Shown: positions 41,701 through 54,451 of the stretch, piece after piece
How positions within the stretch are numbered: the first letter of the stretch is position 1
Layout of the letters: the number at the start of each line of letters is the position of its first letter
Origin: Octopus vulgaris
Lineage: Eukaryota
Direction of reading: 5' to 3'
Assembly: GCA_951406725.2 (NCBI GenBank)
Contig: OX597826.1
Coordinates: 70,866,001 to 70,930,000, forward strand
DNA length: 64,000 nucleotides
Program-made: the position numbers and the translations under genes
The notes under the pieces: generated by a model
Database searches by the model: none
The model's input: only the letters and a program-made list of their open reading frames with translations
What the model was told of the DNA's origin: nothing

Positions 41701-42006
41701 ATTATTAAAGTTTTTGAAAAGAGCAAGAACCCTTTCCTAAAAAAAATGAAGTCTTTTCTTCCAACCGTGTGCTTGAGCTGGTACTTAATCGATTGATCTC
41801 TAAATCTCCAATCAACAAAAGAAAATACATGCCCATATGCATACACAATCTGTATATACAGAGTACGATCGACGAACCGTGAAACGGTCCGTCAGGTGAC
41901 AACTTTCCACCTTTTTTTCTAACACTAGCAATATAGAATGAATGTATGTAGATTTTCATTTTACTCACGATGCGGGTCTTTTTAATCATTTATGTGTGTG
42001 TGCCTG

Positions 42007-42060
<54 letters not shown>

Positions 42061-42357
42061 TTTGTGTGTGTGTGTGTGTATACGACATATACACGAAAAA
42101 TAAAAAAAAGCATTGCCATTTGATTAAAGCTGATTAAATAGCAAAAATCAATAAATGGAGATGAGGATAGATAACAAATGTTTGTGTGTGTATGTGTGTG
42201 TTTGAGTATTTCTAGGATGTAATGCAAAGATGTATATTTAAATCTGTAAATGCTATTATGTATTACGGAGTGTATCTGTAGATTAATGGCTGGTGAGTTT
42301 GTGCATGTGCGTATGAACGTGCGTGTATGTATGTATTAATGTATGTATTAATATATG

Positions 42358-42416
<59 letters not shown>

Positions 42417-43415
42417 AGTACCTCTCGAATGTAATACAGACATGTGTGTATAAATGTACAACAGAATAAATCTATAGATTTTAGCCAGCTGTATACAGCT
42501 AGATATGTGTTATGAGTGTCCGTTTGTCTGTGTATGTATATGTGTAAAGTGCTTGAGTATTTTTCGGATGTAATACAGAAATGTGTATTTAAATCTATAA
42601 AAATTTAGTATGTACTATAGAATATTTGAATCAATTCTAACCAACAATTTATATATATAGAGAAAGAGAGGTATAAATACACTATCTCTATATACAGCAT
42701 CTTTGTGAACAGAAGAAAAAGGATCATCCGATCTAGTTTCAATCCTATGCTGTGATTTCATTAGTGATTGAATAAATCCACTATTACAAAGGACTTCAGT
42801 AAAGCGAATAAACTGATTTGCATACTACAACGCATTTTTGAAAGCTAGATTAATACATTACAGGTACATTCACAGTGTATAGATTTTAGTCAACATTGCA
42901 TGTGATAGATGTAAGCATCTTGTTGTTATGTACAATATACTTAACTACCCACGGAATCGCTGCTTATAAATCCATATTAACTAAAGCTTAATTAAATCGG
43001 GTAGACGGATTTGCTTTCAATTACACACCCTTGGCTCCAGTTCGATCGTGTCTTGTTCCAATGCTGTATTGTACTTCAGTGTATATCTATAGATTTTACT
43101 AAACACTTTACGCCTTAATAATAGTGGATTTATAAGTATTGTCTCAGCAATTTAACATGTGTATGTGCGTAGCGTGTGTCCCCAGAGAATAAGCACATAT
43201 ACTTAGATACATGCGTGTAAGTGTATTTGTATGTATGAGAAAGAGACGGAGAAAGATCAATGGACTGTATTATACCATCTTTATTGACAAGCTAATAATA
43301 ACACACCCTATCACTAATATCCAATAATTACTGATAACCTTGAATAATTGTTTTGCAATAATTGCATTATATAATATATATTAAATGCTTCATTATTATA
43401 AATAAATAATGAAGA

Positions 43416-43472
<57 letters not shown>

Positions 43473-43535
43473 TATTATTATTATTATTATTACTACTACT
43501 ACTATTATTATTGTTATTATTATTATTATTATTAT

Positions 43536-43597
<62 letters not shown>

Positions 43598-44422
43598 TCG
43601 TATAATATTTTAAATCAATAGTATATTTGAGTGATGAATTGTTAGAATCGATACGGTGTCAAACAGAACACTTTTGGGGTGATTTTCCTGTTCTTTCGGG
43701 GTCGACTAAATAAGTACCAGCTACGCACGGGGGTCGATGTAATGGACCTAATCCCTTTGTTTGTCCCTCTATGTTTAGCCCCCTGTGGGCAATAAAGAAA
43801 TGAATATAAAGCCCCAGCTAAGTTTGAGGTAAAGGCAATCAAGTAGTGTCCCTCCCCTTTTAAAATCTCTGGCCGTGCACCTAAATTAGAAGCACTTCTA
43901 ATACGGCAAGATTCGTTAGAGCGTTGGGTAGAATGTTTAGAGTCATTACATCTGGCTCTTTACGATATGAGTTCAGATCCCATCGAGATCAACTTTGTCT
44001 TTCATCCTTTCGAGGTTGATAAAATAAAACACCATTTAAGAGCGGATTCGGTCGTATCGACTTACACCCTCCTCTAGGAATTGCTGGCTTTGGGCCTGAA
44101 TCGGAAGCAATAATGAATCGATGCTCTCAGTTTCCGGTTTTCTGACTATCGACGAAATTAACTGAGATCGATGTTATCTTCCTTCAGATCTTTCGCCCAA
44201 TGTTAATATCATCATCGATATCGACATTATTCGGAACCCGGTTCTGTTCTTTTATAATCTGAAAGAGAAAGTTCTGTTTTTATTTAGTCAAAATTTCTTG
44301 CTACTGGTCTCTATAGCTACCACGATCACAGAGAAACAAGACTGGAGAATCACAGAACTAATTCTTGAAATCTGTTTACTGTTTACACTGTGTGTATAAA
44401 ATGTATATATACAGAGAGAGGT

Positions 44423-44456
<34 letters not shown>

Positions 44457-44612
44457 AGAGAGAGAGAGAGAGAGAGAGAGAGTTAACCAGAAGGTCTATT
44501 TGCACAGTGAAGCTAAATGTATATTTATCAAACGTACACATGTAAATTTATTTACGACTTTGTATCCCTCCCTCTATATTTACACATAACATACACATAT
44601 ATTTACATAAAT

Positions 44613-44676
<64 letters not shown>

Positions 44677-45402
44677 ACACATACTCACTCACACATATAT
44701 TTGTGTGTATACACACTCACACACACATATATATATACACATGAAATCACACTCACGTACATAGTTGTAGGCATATATTCGTATAGATATATATAATGGG
44801 TAGAGGTTTACCATTCACTACTATCATCACCACCACCACTACATCCAGAACCATCCGTTTACATCTTTTTTAACTCTATTTCTGTAAACCTAATATATTT
44901 CTTTATATTTTCTATTAACTAATTACCAGAAGATCTCGTGCATTTTCAATCTATTTCTTTTGCTTTGCCTTTGCTTGTATCTACAATAATAATCAGATAC
45001 GCCTCTAGTATCCTGTTTTAATTAGTTCCTTCTTTTTCTCTCTGCTCTACACTGTCTGTTTTATTTATTCTAAAGTGTTTATACGTCTATGTTTGTGTAC
45101 GTAACACTCTCGCACACGCTTGTGAGTTTGTTTTGTTCAGCTTCTAAGACTTAGATTTTTAGATATTTATCTATCTCCATGTTGTTGCTTTTAATTTTGT
45201 TTTCCGATTACATTTCTTTATATATTTACTTTTACGTGCGAGTGATATGTTATAAGTTATACATACTTCTCAGGTGACAAGGTTATGTCTTCCACTGAAT
45301 CTATAGAAATATTTATAGTAGGACCTTTCAGTTAGTTGTCACCCTTTGCCTAAAGTTTTAAGCGCAGATTTATTACCTCTCAGTTGCAGATTTATTTACA
45401 TA

Positions 45403-45798
45403 CTAGCAGTATTGCCCGGCGTTGCACGGGTTTTGTTTTCTTTTCGACCCTTTAGAATTGGAATTTTCGAAAATTAAAATTTTGCATTATGTAGCTTGTT
45501 ATTCTCTTTAAGTGAACATTTTTCTGGTTGAAATACACCGAGAAATGGCGACACAGCAGTCAAAAAATCGTAAAAAATAGAGATTTTCATAGAAAAATAG
45601 CACCTTTTTGATGTAAATAATTTTTTGTGTTAAACTGGTCTGATTTGAATATTTTCTGCTACGGAAGAAAGAGCAAGCCTTCTTCTATCATACTCTCAAT
45701 TTTGGTCAACTTGCGCCGCAGGGTCTCGGAGGAGATAGTGTTAGTTGAAGCCTACTAAACCTGCCACACACAGACAACTTCAGCTTTATATATATAGA
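45403..45798 (-). mobile_element. Non-autonomous Helitron (~395 bp)
   Basis: On the minus strand: A|TCTATATATATAAA start, hairpin cccgtgcaacgccggg, CTAG|T end; sister copy at 60465-60855. Confidence 0.88.
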
Positions 45799-46849
45799 TA
45801 ATATTGCTTGATAAATCCATTTGGAGTCACTGTGATATAGAAAATACATAGAAATGCAACTATATATTCCTTAAAATTCCTGTAGATTTAGTTATGTTGA
45901 AGCAAGGGACGAGAAAGAGCAATGCACCTAACTCTTGTCAGGAGACTAAGTTTGGTTAGAATAAGAGAGAAGGTCATTCCAAGAGTTAGGTAAGTATCAT
46001 AAAATGGACGACGGATTAATCCACCCCTGGAAAAGGAATTGTAGTAATTGTTCCATTCTTTTTTTTTTTGCACATGTTCAAATCTTCCTGACTGAATATG
46101 TACAATTGCCACATAAACTCTAAACTGTATACTTATTGTCTTTATAGTTTTACTTTCGTTTTGTTGTAGTTTTACTTTCGTTTTCCAGTATTCTAAAACA
46201 TGACCGATATAAGTGCTTGATATTGGGATTTCTTCCAATATCCAGGATTGTAGAATGCTATTATATGTTCTTCGAAATCTGATATTCGATGAAATGTGAT
46301 GCTTACGTAGCTGGTATTGTCGCTGTTTTGTTGTTTAGCTCCAGGATCAATCATGATCGAACAAACCTATCATCACAGGCGTTTTAGCTATGATCCTCCT
46401 ATTTTATATTCAATTATAATGTATCTAAAATTTTATCATACAATAATTCTTTCCTTTGTAAAGACGGCAGGGTAAGATTTGATGGAAATTTAGCTGCTAT
46501 TTCTAACAAAAAGCCTAACCATGTATAGCTCTTCTCACTGGTGTGAGATGCATTCCAGAAGTTTACAGACATTTGTAGGAGAGGCAGTAATACATTATTG
46601 TAATTTATGTATATCATTACAATGATATATCATTGTATATCATTACAATCTTTGTATATCATTACTATACAGCTAATAAGCTGACCTGCCAACTTTCCTT
46701 ATTCCACCTCGAAGAAGACGGCTGTAACAGTACTTTAAAGACATCCTCCTAAACACTGCTCGTCCCAGCTGACTAGTTTGCAGAATTCAGTCAGGACAGT
46801 TTCAAAGCTCACTGTGAAGTAAAGTTATGTGTTTAACTGTCTCCAAACT

Positions 46850-47340
46850 GCTTATGAATTAACCTTTTCCTTGGCACAAGAGGTTCGAGGATGGCAGACG
46901 GGAAGTGAGAGATGATGAAGGGTGTGTTAGGAAGAGGAACATCGGTAAGAACATCATAGTTGGTTGAGAACATTCGCAATTTTCTCGATGAACACCGTCG
47001 TGAGTCTATAAAGACAATAAGTATAGAGTTTAGAGTTTATGTGACAATTGTACACAATCAGTCAGGAAGATTTGAACCTGTGCAAAATTAGTGCAAAGTT
47101 TGTTCCCAGATTGCTCAGTGACGAGTATCCTAATAACCAACGACTTGACAGAGATGGGCACCGAAACTACCCCACACCCTCTTACAGTCCAGACCTTGCT
47201 ATCTGTAACTTTTGGTTGTTCTCCAAGCTGAAGACGAACTTCAGAGGCAGTTATCTTGAAGACGAAGGAAGCTGTGACGAGAGTCCTGGACGCCTTCCGT
47301 TTGGAGGACATCCATGGATCTTTCACGAAGTGGATGGGGC
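46850..47340 (+). pseudogene. mariner transposase remnant, internally deleted
   Basis: WHKRFEDGRREVRDDE, EDLNLCKISAKFVPRLLSDE (WVPHEL-like) and PSYSPDLAICNFWLFSKLK (YSPDL motif), with frameshifts. Confidence 0.88.
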
Positions 47341-47691
47341 GCTACAGATTTTAGAGAGATTTTACTAATTTTTCAAGGAATCTGGTTTTATCTAAATAAT
47401 TAAGGATAACAGCCTGATATTATTTTGTCATTTGTATAAAACACAGTTCAACTACAGTTAAAGTTCTTATATCATTCAAGTTTTACATGTCGAATTAAGG
47501 TGAAGGGGCGCTATAGATTTTAGAGAGATTTTACTAATTTTTCAAGGAATCTGGTTTTATCTAAGTACTTAAGGATAAGAGTAGTCTTTCCTACCAGCCT
47601 GATATTATTTTGTCATTCGTATAAAACACAGTTCAACTACAGTTAAAGTTCTTATATCATTCAAGTTTCACACATTATCGAATTAAGGTGA
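47336..47691. repeat. Local tandem duplication of ~170 bp
   Basis: ggggcgcta.agattttagagagattttac...tcgaattaaggtga at 47336-47505 and 47506-47691. Confidence 0.9.
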
Positions 47692-47693
47692 TA

Positions 47694-47925
47694 TGTGTGT
47701 GTTTATGAGCGAAACACCTAAGCTCCACGCGGCTCCGGCAGAAGGTAATGGCGAAACTTCTGCTGACTCTTTCGCCACAACTTTCTCTCACTCTTTCCTC
47801 CTGCATCTTGCAGCTCACCTGCGACGGACCGGCGTCCCGTCCAGGTGGGGAACCTATACGTCAAGAAACCGGGAAACCGGCCCTTCTGAGCCAGGGATTG
47901 CTCGAGAAGGAACAAACAACAAACG
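47694..47925 (+). mobile_element. 5'-truncated SINE: family E body with an alternative tail
   Basis: gagcgaaacacctaagctccacg...ccacaactttctctcactct (as in 40059-40444) followed by gacggaccggcgtcccgtccagg...gaaaccgggaaaccgg. Confidence 0.8.
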
Positions 47926-48960
47926 ACAACTTGGCAACGGGCGTTGATTTGCTTAAGTCACCGTAACATTAGAAGTTCGGCAAAAGAGACCGATAGAATA
48001 AGTACCAGTATTTTGAAAAAATAATTACTGGGGACTACTTGTTGGAGTAAACCTTTTAAAGCAAAGCGTCAGCATGGACACAACCCAATGACTAAAACTA
48101 AACAAAATGTGAAAGGTAACATCTTTCTATTTCCGGAACAGCAGATAACCAGAATCGGTGGAGCACGTTTTACATTCTAAACTTAAATCTTACAAATAGC
48201 TGAGAATAGCTTTGCTTTTTATTCCTCCTGGGGCAACAAAATAAACAACTACTTCAAAGCGAGTGGTATATTTAACCGACCATACGCCCCCACCGATTAA
48301 AATTTACAGCGGTGTACCTTTATTAGAAATCAATATTTCACTATTTCTGGCTTTCTTGATAATTTTATTTCCTCTCTCTTTATCTGTTTGTTTAATCTCG
48401 TATAAAATATTCAGAGGTTTCTTTCATTTCTTTCAAATAGTTCATTATAATTAAATAATTATTATCGTTTCTTCATGTAGTTTAATACGCTACGCCTTTG
48501 TTTACACGTCTTATTTTAATCTCGCATTAATTTCTTTGACTTCCATTTTCCTTATATTTCTCTCCTTTATCTCTTCTACATTATATTGATAAATATTTAT
48601 ATTCTTTACTGTTCTAACTAGTTACATTCCTTCTCCTCCCCTCCTCCTCCGTCTCCTCCTCCCCATTCTCCTCCTCCCTCTCCTCATCCCCCTCCTCCTC
48701 CTCGTCGTCGACGTCATTGTTTTGTTAACTTCAAATAACCTTTGAACCAAGAGACCTATGATCAAAGACATCCTTGAAGGGTTTTTGTTGAATTAATTGA
48801 CCCTAAGAAGTTATTTCTTAAAAGTCTAGCACTTATTCTATTGGTTGCTTTTACGTAGATGTTAAGTAGTGGTGGATAAAGACTAACATAAAGAAACACA
48901 CCTGTGGACAAGTACACACACACACATACATATGCACAGACATACGTGTATGTATGTGTG

Positions 48961-49018
<58 letters not shown>

Positions 49019-49022
<4 letters not shown>

Positions 49023-49244
49023 AATGTAATATGTGACAATTATTCGGTAGCCATGATAAAACTCCGAGTTTCGGATGCCGAGGTGGAAATCCACGCCGCC
49101 ATCTCTTCAGTTATCCGGCCATCGTAAAAATGCTATTCCGATGGGTGGATAACTGAAGAGATGGCGGCGTGGATTTCCAACACGGCATCCGAAACTCGGA
49201 GTTTTATCATGGCTGCCGAATAATTGTCACATATTACATTTACA
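49019..49244. mobile_element. Palindromic pair of Penelope-like terminal repeats, each with a hammerhead
   Basis: 49019-49124 is the near-perfect reverse complement of 49139-49244, with a ~14-nt spacer; flanked by (AT)n. Confidence 0.85.
49148..49208 (+). ncRNA. Type I hammerhead motif (mirror copy 49055-49115 on minus strand)
   Basis: GATAA-CTGAAGA-GATG...CATC(c)-GAAA-CTC(g)GAG-TT-TTATC. Confidence 0.75.
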
Positions 49245-49309
49245 GATAAATTCCTCTATTTACATAATATCGAGGTTTTTTCTTACTTTTGTTGTCTTAC
49301 CATTTTTAT

Positions 49310-49372
<63 letters not shown>

Positions 49373-49388
49373 TACATACACACACACG

Positions 49389-49430
<42 letters not shown>

Positions 49431-50390
49431 CGACGGGCTCCACATAGTTTTCGTCCACCATATTCGTTAACGAGGTATTGGTTTGCCCGGGGCTATAGTA
49501 GAAGGCACATTCCCAGGGTAACGCGAAGTAGGATTGAACTCGAACCTATGTGGTTGCAAAGCAGACTTCTTAACCAGCACACCCATGCCTATCGCAACAG
49601 AGATGAAATAAATTAATATATTTTTTCAGCACTATCTTCATTACTATATGTTGGGAGGATCATTCTGCCTATGAAAACACACACACTGGATATTTTTTAT
49701 TTTATCATTTACATTAAAGTAATTAACTAAATAACCGATTAACAAATCAATTGTTCGACCGATCGTTCTATCAATCAGTGAAGTAGTCAGCCATTCTTTT
49801 CTCCGCCATCTTTGACTTTATCAATGACTTATTCTCTTCCCTTCTTTCAAAGTCTTTCATAATACTTTATTCTAATTAGCAATCGTTTCTAGAGTAGTTC
49901 TGTTTAAACACGTTTTGAAAGCGTTTCTTACAGTTTAAAAAACCTTTGTTTAAACAGCTTTGTTCAGAACTTGCTGTTTGAGTTGTTAACTGTGTCTTCA
50001 TATTATTGTTTGCTATTGTGTTTTATATCCGCTGTATAAGACACGCTGACGTTTCCTCATTGATGTTCCTAGAATGGTTTATGGCGTAATTCACACTGCT
50101 TCGATTGCTTTCTCCGCCTCTTATTGAAACAGAGCCGAAGCATATTTGTCTCTGAAGTGTGTACTAAAGCTTTGTTCGAGCTTCATATAACATCTCAGTG
50201 ATTAAAAATCACAGAAATTAAGGGTTTTTTTATCTGTAGTTCTATTACCTTGTTTGCTTGTAGAATATATTTGCATATATTAGATAATCAATTTGGGCTT
50301 GAATTTTTCCGCAGCGAGGTTTTCTGGGTCTCTAATATTTCATGTCTGTTGGAACTCTTACGTCATCTGTTCGAAATATTATGTTCCTAT

Positions 50391-50559
50391 AGGCGCAGGA
50401 GTGACCATGTGGTAAGAAGCTTGCTTCCTAACCACATGGTTCCGGGTTGAATCCCATTCCGTGGCACTTTGGGCAAGTGTCTGTTACTATAAGTCCTGGG
50501 CCGACCAAAGCCTTGTAAGTATATGTGGTAGAAAGAAACTGAAAGAAGCCCGGCCCGTA

Positions 50560-50560
<1 letters not shown>
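50391..50560 (+). mobile_element. SINE family B, 5' half ending in (AT)n
   Basis: Runs from aggcgcaggagtgaccatgtggtaag to gaaactgaaagaagcccg. Confidence 0.8.
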
Positions 50561-50595
<35 letters not shown>

Positions 50596-50685
50596 TAATT
50601 CAACAATTACTACTACCATCCACAATGGGTCACTTTCGGGGCAGTTGACCATTTAACATACTACTGTCATGGCACTCCCACATTT

Positions 50686-50812
50686 TTCTTCTTCTTCTTC
50701 TTCTTCTTCTTCTTCTTCTTCTTCTTCTTCTTCTTCTTCTTCTTCTTCTTCTTCTTCTTCTTCTTCTTCTTCTTCTTCTTCTTCTTCTTCTTCTTCTTCT
50801 TCTTCTTCTTCT
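50686..50812. repeat. (TTC)n microsatellite
   Basis: Direct reading; explains the poly-Arg ORF. Confidence 0.97.
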
Positions 50813-50827
50813 TTCATTGTTTACATG

Positions 50828-50973
50828 CACTAGCGTAGCTAGAATATGTGCCGCCCGGGGTGGCCCTTCCGTTTACTATCCCCGGACTCCACAAAAAATA
50901 CAGCAGACCCAAAAGTGCCGCCCGGAGCCGACCACCCTTACTGCCACCCTCCCCCCTACTAGCTACGCTAATG
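50828..50973. mobile_element. 146-bp MITE, hAT-type
   Basis: 15-bp TIRs CACTAGCGTAGCTAG / CTAGCTACGCTAATG; 8-bp TSD TTTACATG (50820-50827) and TTTACACG (50974-50981); internal gtgccgcccgg twice. Confidence 0.8.
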
Positions 50974-51059
50974 TTTACACGAATCTCACGTAACCCCACG
51001 TTCTTCTTAATGTAAACGTTTTGTGGTTAATAAAGAAGCTATTTTTATTATTATTATTA

Positions 51060-51103
<44 letters not shown>

Positions 51104-51675
51104 TTTATTTTTATTTTTATCACACAGGGTCAACATCGATCCAAGTCACCTGCTAGAGAAGCCAGGAGTTCTCCTGGGAAATTCCAATCACCCCCGCCCA
51201 ATCTTCCTGATATTCCCTTCAAGTGGATATTTAGACGTGTTGACGTTACAACGACAAACTCGTAAGTGTTAAAGCTTGATTCTCCCATTGATAGTCTTGT
51301 TGTTTTTATTGTTATTGTGGTGTATTGACATAATACCGTGCAGTCTTCAGTTTTGAGTTCAAACTCTATCAGGACCGGTTTTTACGTTTCGTCTTCACGT
51401 AGTATAGCATACCAGTACTGGAGGGGACTGGTTCGAACTAACGGAAAAATACGTCCCCACCACCCAATTTTTGGCAATGTGACTACATTAAAAATCACCA
51501 GTAGCATCATTTCTATCATCATCCTCATCATCAACTTCATTATTATTGTAATCACCATCATCACCACCACCACAATCAGCTGCAGCAGTATCAGCGCCCA
51601 CATCATCATCATTACTATTATTATTATTATTATTATTGTTGTTGTTGTTGTTGCTCTTGTTTCTGTTGTTGTTGT

Positions 51676-52222
51676 TATTGAGCGAGAGAGCAATGCATGC
51701 TATCAAAGTGAAACTGGGGTAAAATATACGAAGCCCATTATACCCATCATGACTACCCGTCTGATAAGGGTGCACCAGGCACATGCATCACAACCATGTG
51801 TGCGCGACATGGTGATCTCATATCGAGATAAACAACACAAGACTTTGCAGGTGGGGCCCAGTTATAATTTTCTTTAGGGCGTGCAGCCCATCCCGCTCAA
51901 AATAAGGGTTGTTTAGGGATGATAGACAAAATACCCATGGTTCTAAAGGTGAATAATCCAAACCTCGAAGAATTCCTCTCAACATATGGCTATGATGCTC
52001 CTCCACTACTTCTGCTCGTGATCAGAGATGCACATATCGACAGTCACTAAGGGTCATGCTCAACTGCTTAAGGTCAAACAACTGACAAGCAAATCTGTGG
52101 TATTGAGCAGAATATTTGCTGTAGACCATTTTTTATACCAAGACAAAAAAATTACATAACACTTCCAGTCAGTTAAGACCAGAAGCCCTGAGAGCCACTG
52201 CCTGTTACAGCATCAAGGCATT
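51676..52222 (-). mobile_element. Retroposon family D inside (ATT)n
   Basis: Reverse complement of 24427-24967, with about 15 nt more 5' sequence. Confidence 0.85.
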
Positions 52223-52224
52223 AC

Positions 52225-52278
<54 letters not shown>

Positions 52279-52296
52279 CATCATTATTATTATTAT

Positions 52297-52742
52297 TACT
52301 CTTTACTTGTTTCAGTCATTTGGCTGTGGCCATGCTGGAGTACCGCCTTTTTTAGTCGAGTAAATCGACTCTAGGACTTATTCTTTGCAAGCCTAGTACT
52401 TGGCCAAATCACTAAGTTACGGGGATGTAAACACACCAGTATCGGTTGACAAGCGATGTTGAGGGGATAAACACAGACACATAAACATATACACACATAA
52501 AAATATACACACACATACATACATATATACATATATATACGCATATATATATATACATATATACATATATACATATATACGACGGGCTTCTTTCAGTTTC
52601 CGTCAACCAAATCTACTCACAATGCTTTGGTCGGCACGAGGCTATAGTAGAAGACACTTGCCCAAGGTGCCACGCAGTGGGACTGAACCCGAAACCATGT
52701 GGTTCGTAAGCAAGCTACTTACCACACAGTCACTCCTACGCC
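52297..52742 (-). mobile_element. SINE family B
   Basis: Full head and tail, inserted in (ATT)n. Confidence 0.88.
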
Positions 52743-52787
<45 letters not shown>

Positions 52788-52813
52788 CATTATTATTATT
52801 ATCATCATCATCA

Positions 52814-52936
<123 letters not shown>

Positions 52937-53369
52937 GTAAAGCTATTCAGAGTTCCGTTGTTGTTTGCTGATATTAGATTGCTAGATATCTTAACCAGAT
53001 ATCGTTACCAATTGCCTAGGAGAGGCAGGAGGTGCATGCAGCCAGTTGCAAACATTTTAGCTTCATTCCAGTTTAATCTGCCATTCATTAGAAGCGATAT
53101 TAATATCTGTTCTCCCATACACAACATATTTACAAAGATGTCGCTGTTCTACAAGAGAACAATATTCTGTTCATCTTGAAAAGGTACCCTGATAAGAGGC
53201 TTGTTTTGTAAACCGTTTCCTTTGTTTACGACTTTCAAAGCCACTACAATATCAGATATTCCTATTCAAAAAATACACTATTATACTCATCACTTTTATC
53301 TATAAATCTACTTATGCTGTGTTTTCATTAATATTGGTTATTATCATCATTATCATTATTCATTATTAT

Positions 53370-53670
53370 TCTTTTTAACTGATGTTTTATTGGAACTCCG
53401 GAGTTTTGCATGCGTAGTATGCTTGCTACGTATAGCTTGCCTTTTCCATGGTATCTGTTCTTTTCAACAATATAATACTTTACTGACATTTCTGATCGTG
53501 CCACGGAGACAAACCTTTTGTAACAGCTCTACTGGCCACTCTAATCCGATTTCTTTTATATTCTTCTTGATGCCTTCTTGTACAGTACCCAATGATCCAA
53601 CAATAATTAGCATTATCTTCACCTTCTTCATTTTGCATAGCCCAGCTATTTCGTACTTAAAAGGATTGTA
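53370..53670 (-). pseudogene. 3' end of a restriction-like-endonuclease non-LTR element (R4/Dong-like)
   Basis: 53670-53464 translates as YNPFKYEIAGLCKMKKVKIMLIIVGSLGTVQEGIKKNIKEIGLEWPVELLQKVCLRGTIRNVSKVLYC*, resembling the GALG...LQKxxLLGT C-terminus; a short 3'UTR then runs into degenerate (AAT)n. Confidence 0.75.
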
Positions 53671-53688
53671 TATGTATATGTATATTTA

Positions 53689-53749
<61 letters not shown>

Positions 53750-53879
53750 AATAATAATAATAACAGAAGGGTAAGGGTCGATGGCCCTGGCCAGCAGAAT
53801 GTGGCGTGGCGGAGAATAGACAAATTTCCGCGACGATAATAGCACTAGGCTTTGAAAATAAGTAATTCTTTCCCTTCAC

Positions 53880-54450
53880 CCCCTTCCTCGGAACTTTCCA
53901 GGAAGTAATTACTCCCCTCCTCGGAACTTTCCACGAAGTAAATCCGTCCTTCCTTGGAAATTTCGAGGATGTAATTCCTCCTCTACCCAAAAATTTCCAG
54001 GATATAATTCCTCCTCCTCGGAATTACCAGGAAGTAATTCCTCTCCTTCCTCTCCCACCTCGGAACTTTCCAGGAAGTAATTCCTCCCCCTCCTCGGAAC
54101 TTTCTAGGAACTAATTTCCACCTGCCTCGCCCTCCTCGGAACTTTCCAGGAAGTAATTCCTTCTCCTCGTCGGAACTTTTCAGGAAATAATCCCCCTTCC
54201 TAGGAACATTCTAGGAATTAATCCCCCGCCATCCTCGAAACTTTCCAGGAAGTCATTCCTCCCCTCCGCTCTTCGGAACTTTCTAGGAAGTAATTCTTCT
54301 CACTCCTTGGAAAATTCCAGGATGCATTTCCTTACCCTCTTCGGAACTTTCCAGGAAGTAGTTCCTCCCCATCCTCGGAACTTTCCAGAACGCAATTCGT
54401 CCCCCTCCTCAGAACTTTCCAGGGAGCAATTCCTCCTCTTCCTCGGAACT
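53880..54450. repeat. Minisatellite of cctcGGAACTTTCCAGGAAGtaattcc units
   Basis: About 18 imperfect units of ~30 bp, same core as 22168-22802. Confidence 0.92.
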
Positions 54451-54451
54451 A

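Noticed and set aside
52960-53200. Possible coding remnant or exon
   Set aside because: Stops in all minus frames examined, only a short featureless plus-strand ORF, and no recognisable motif.
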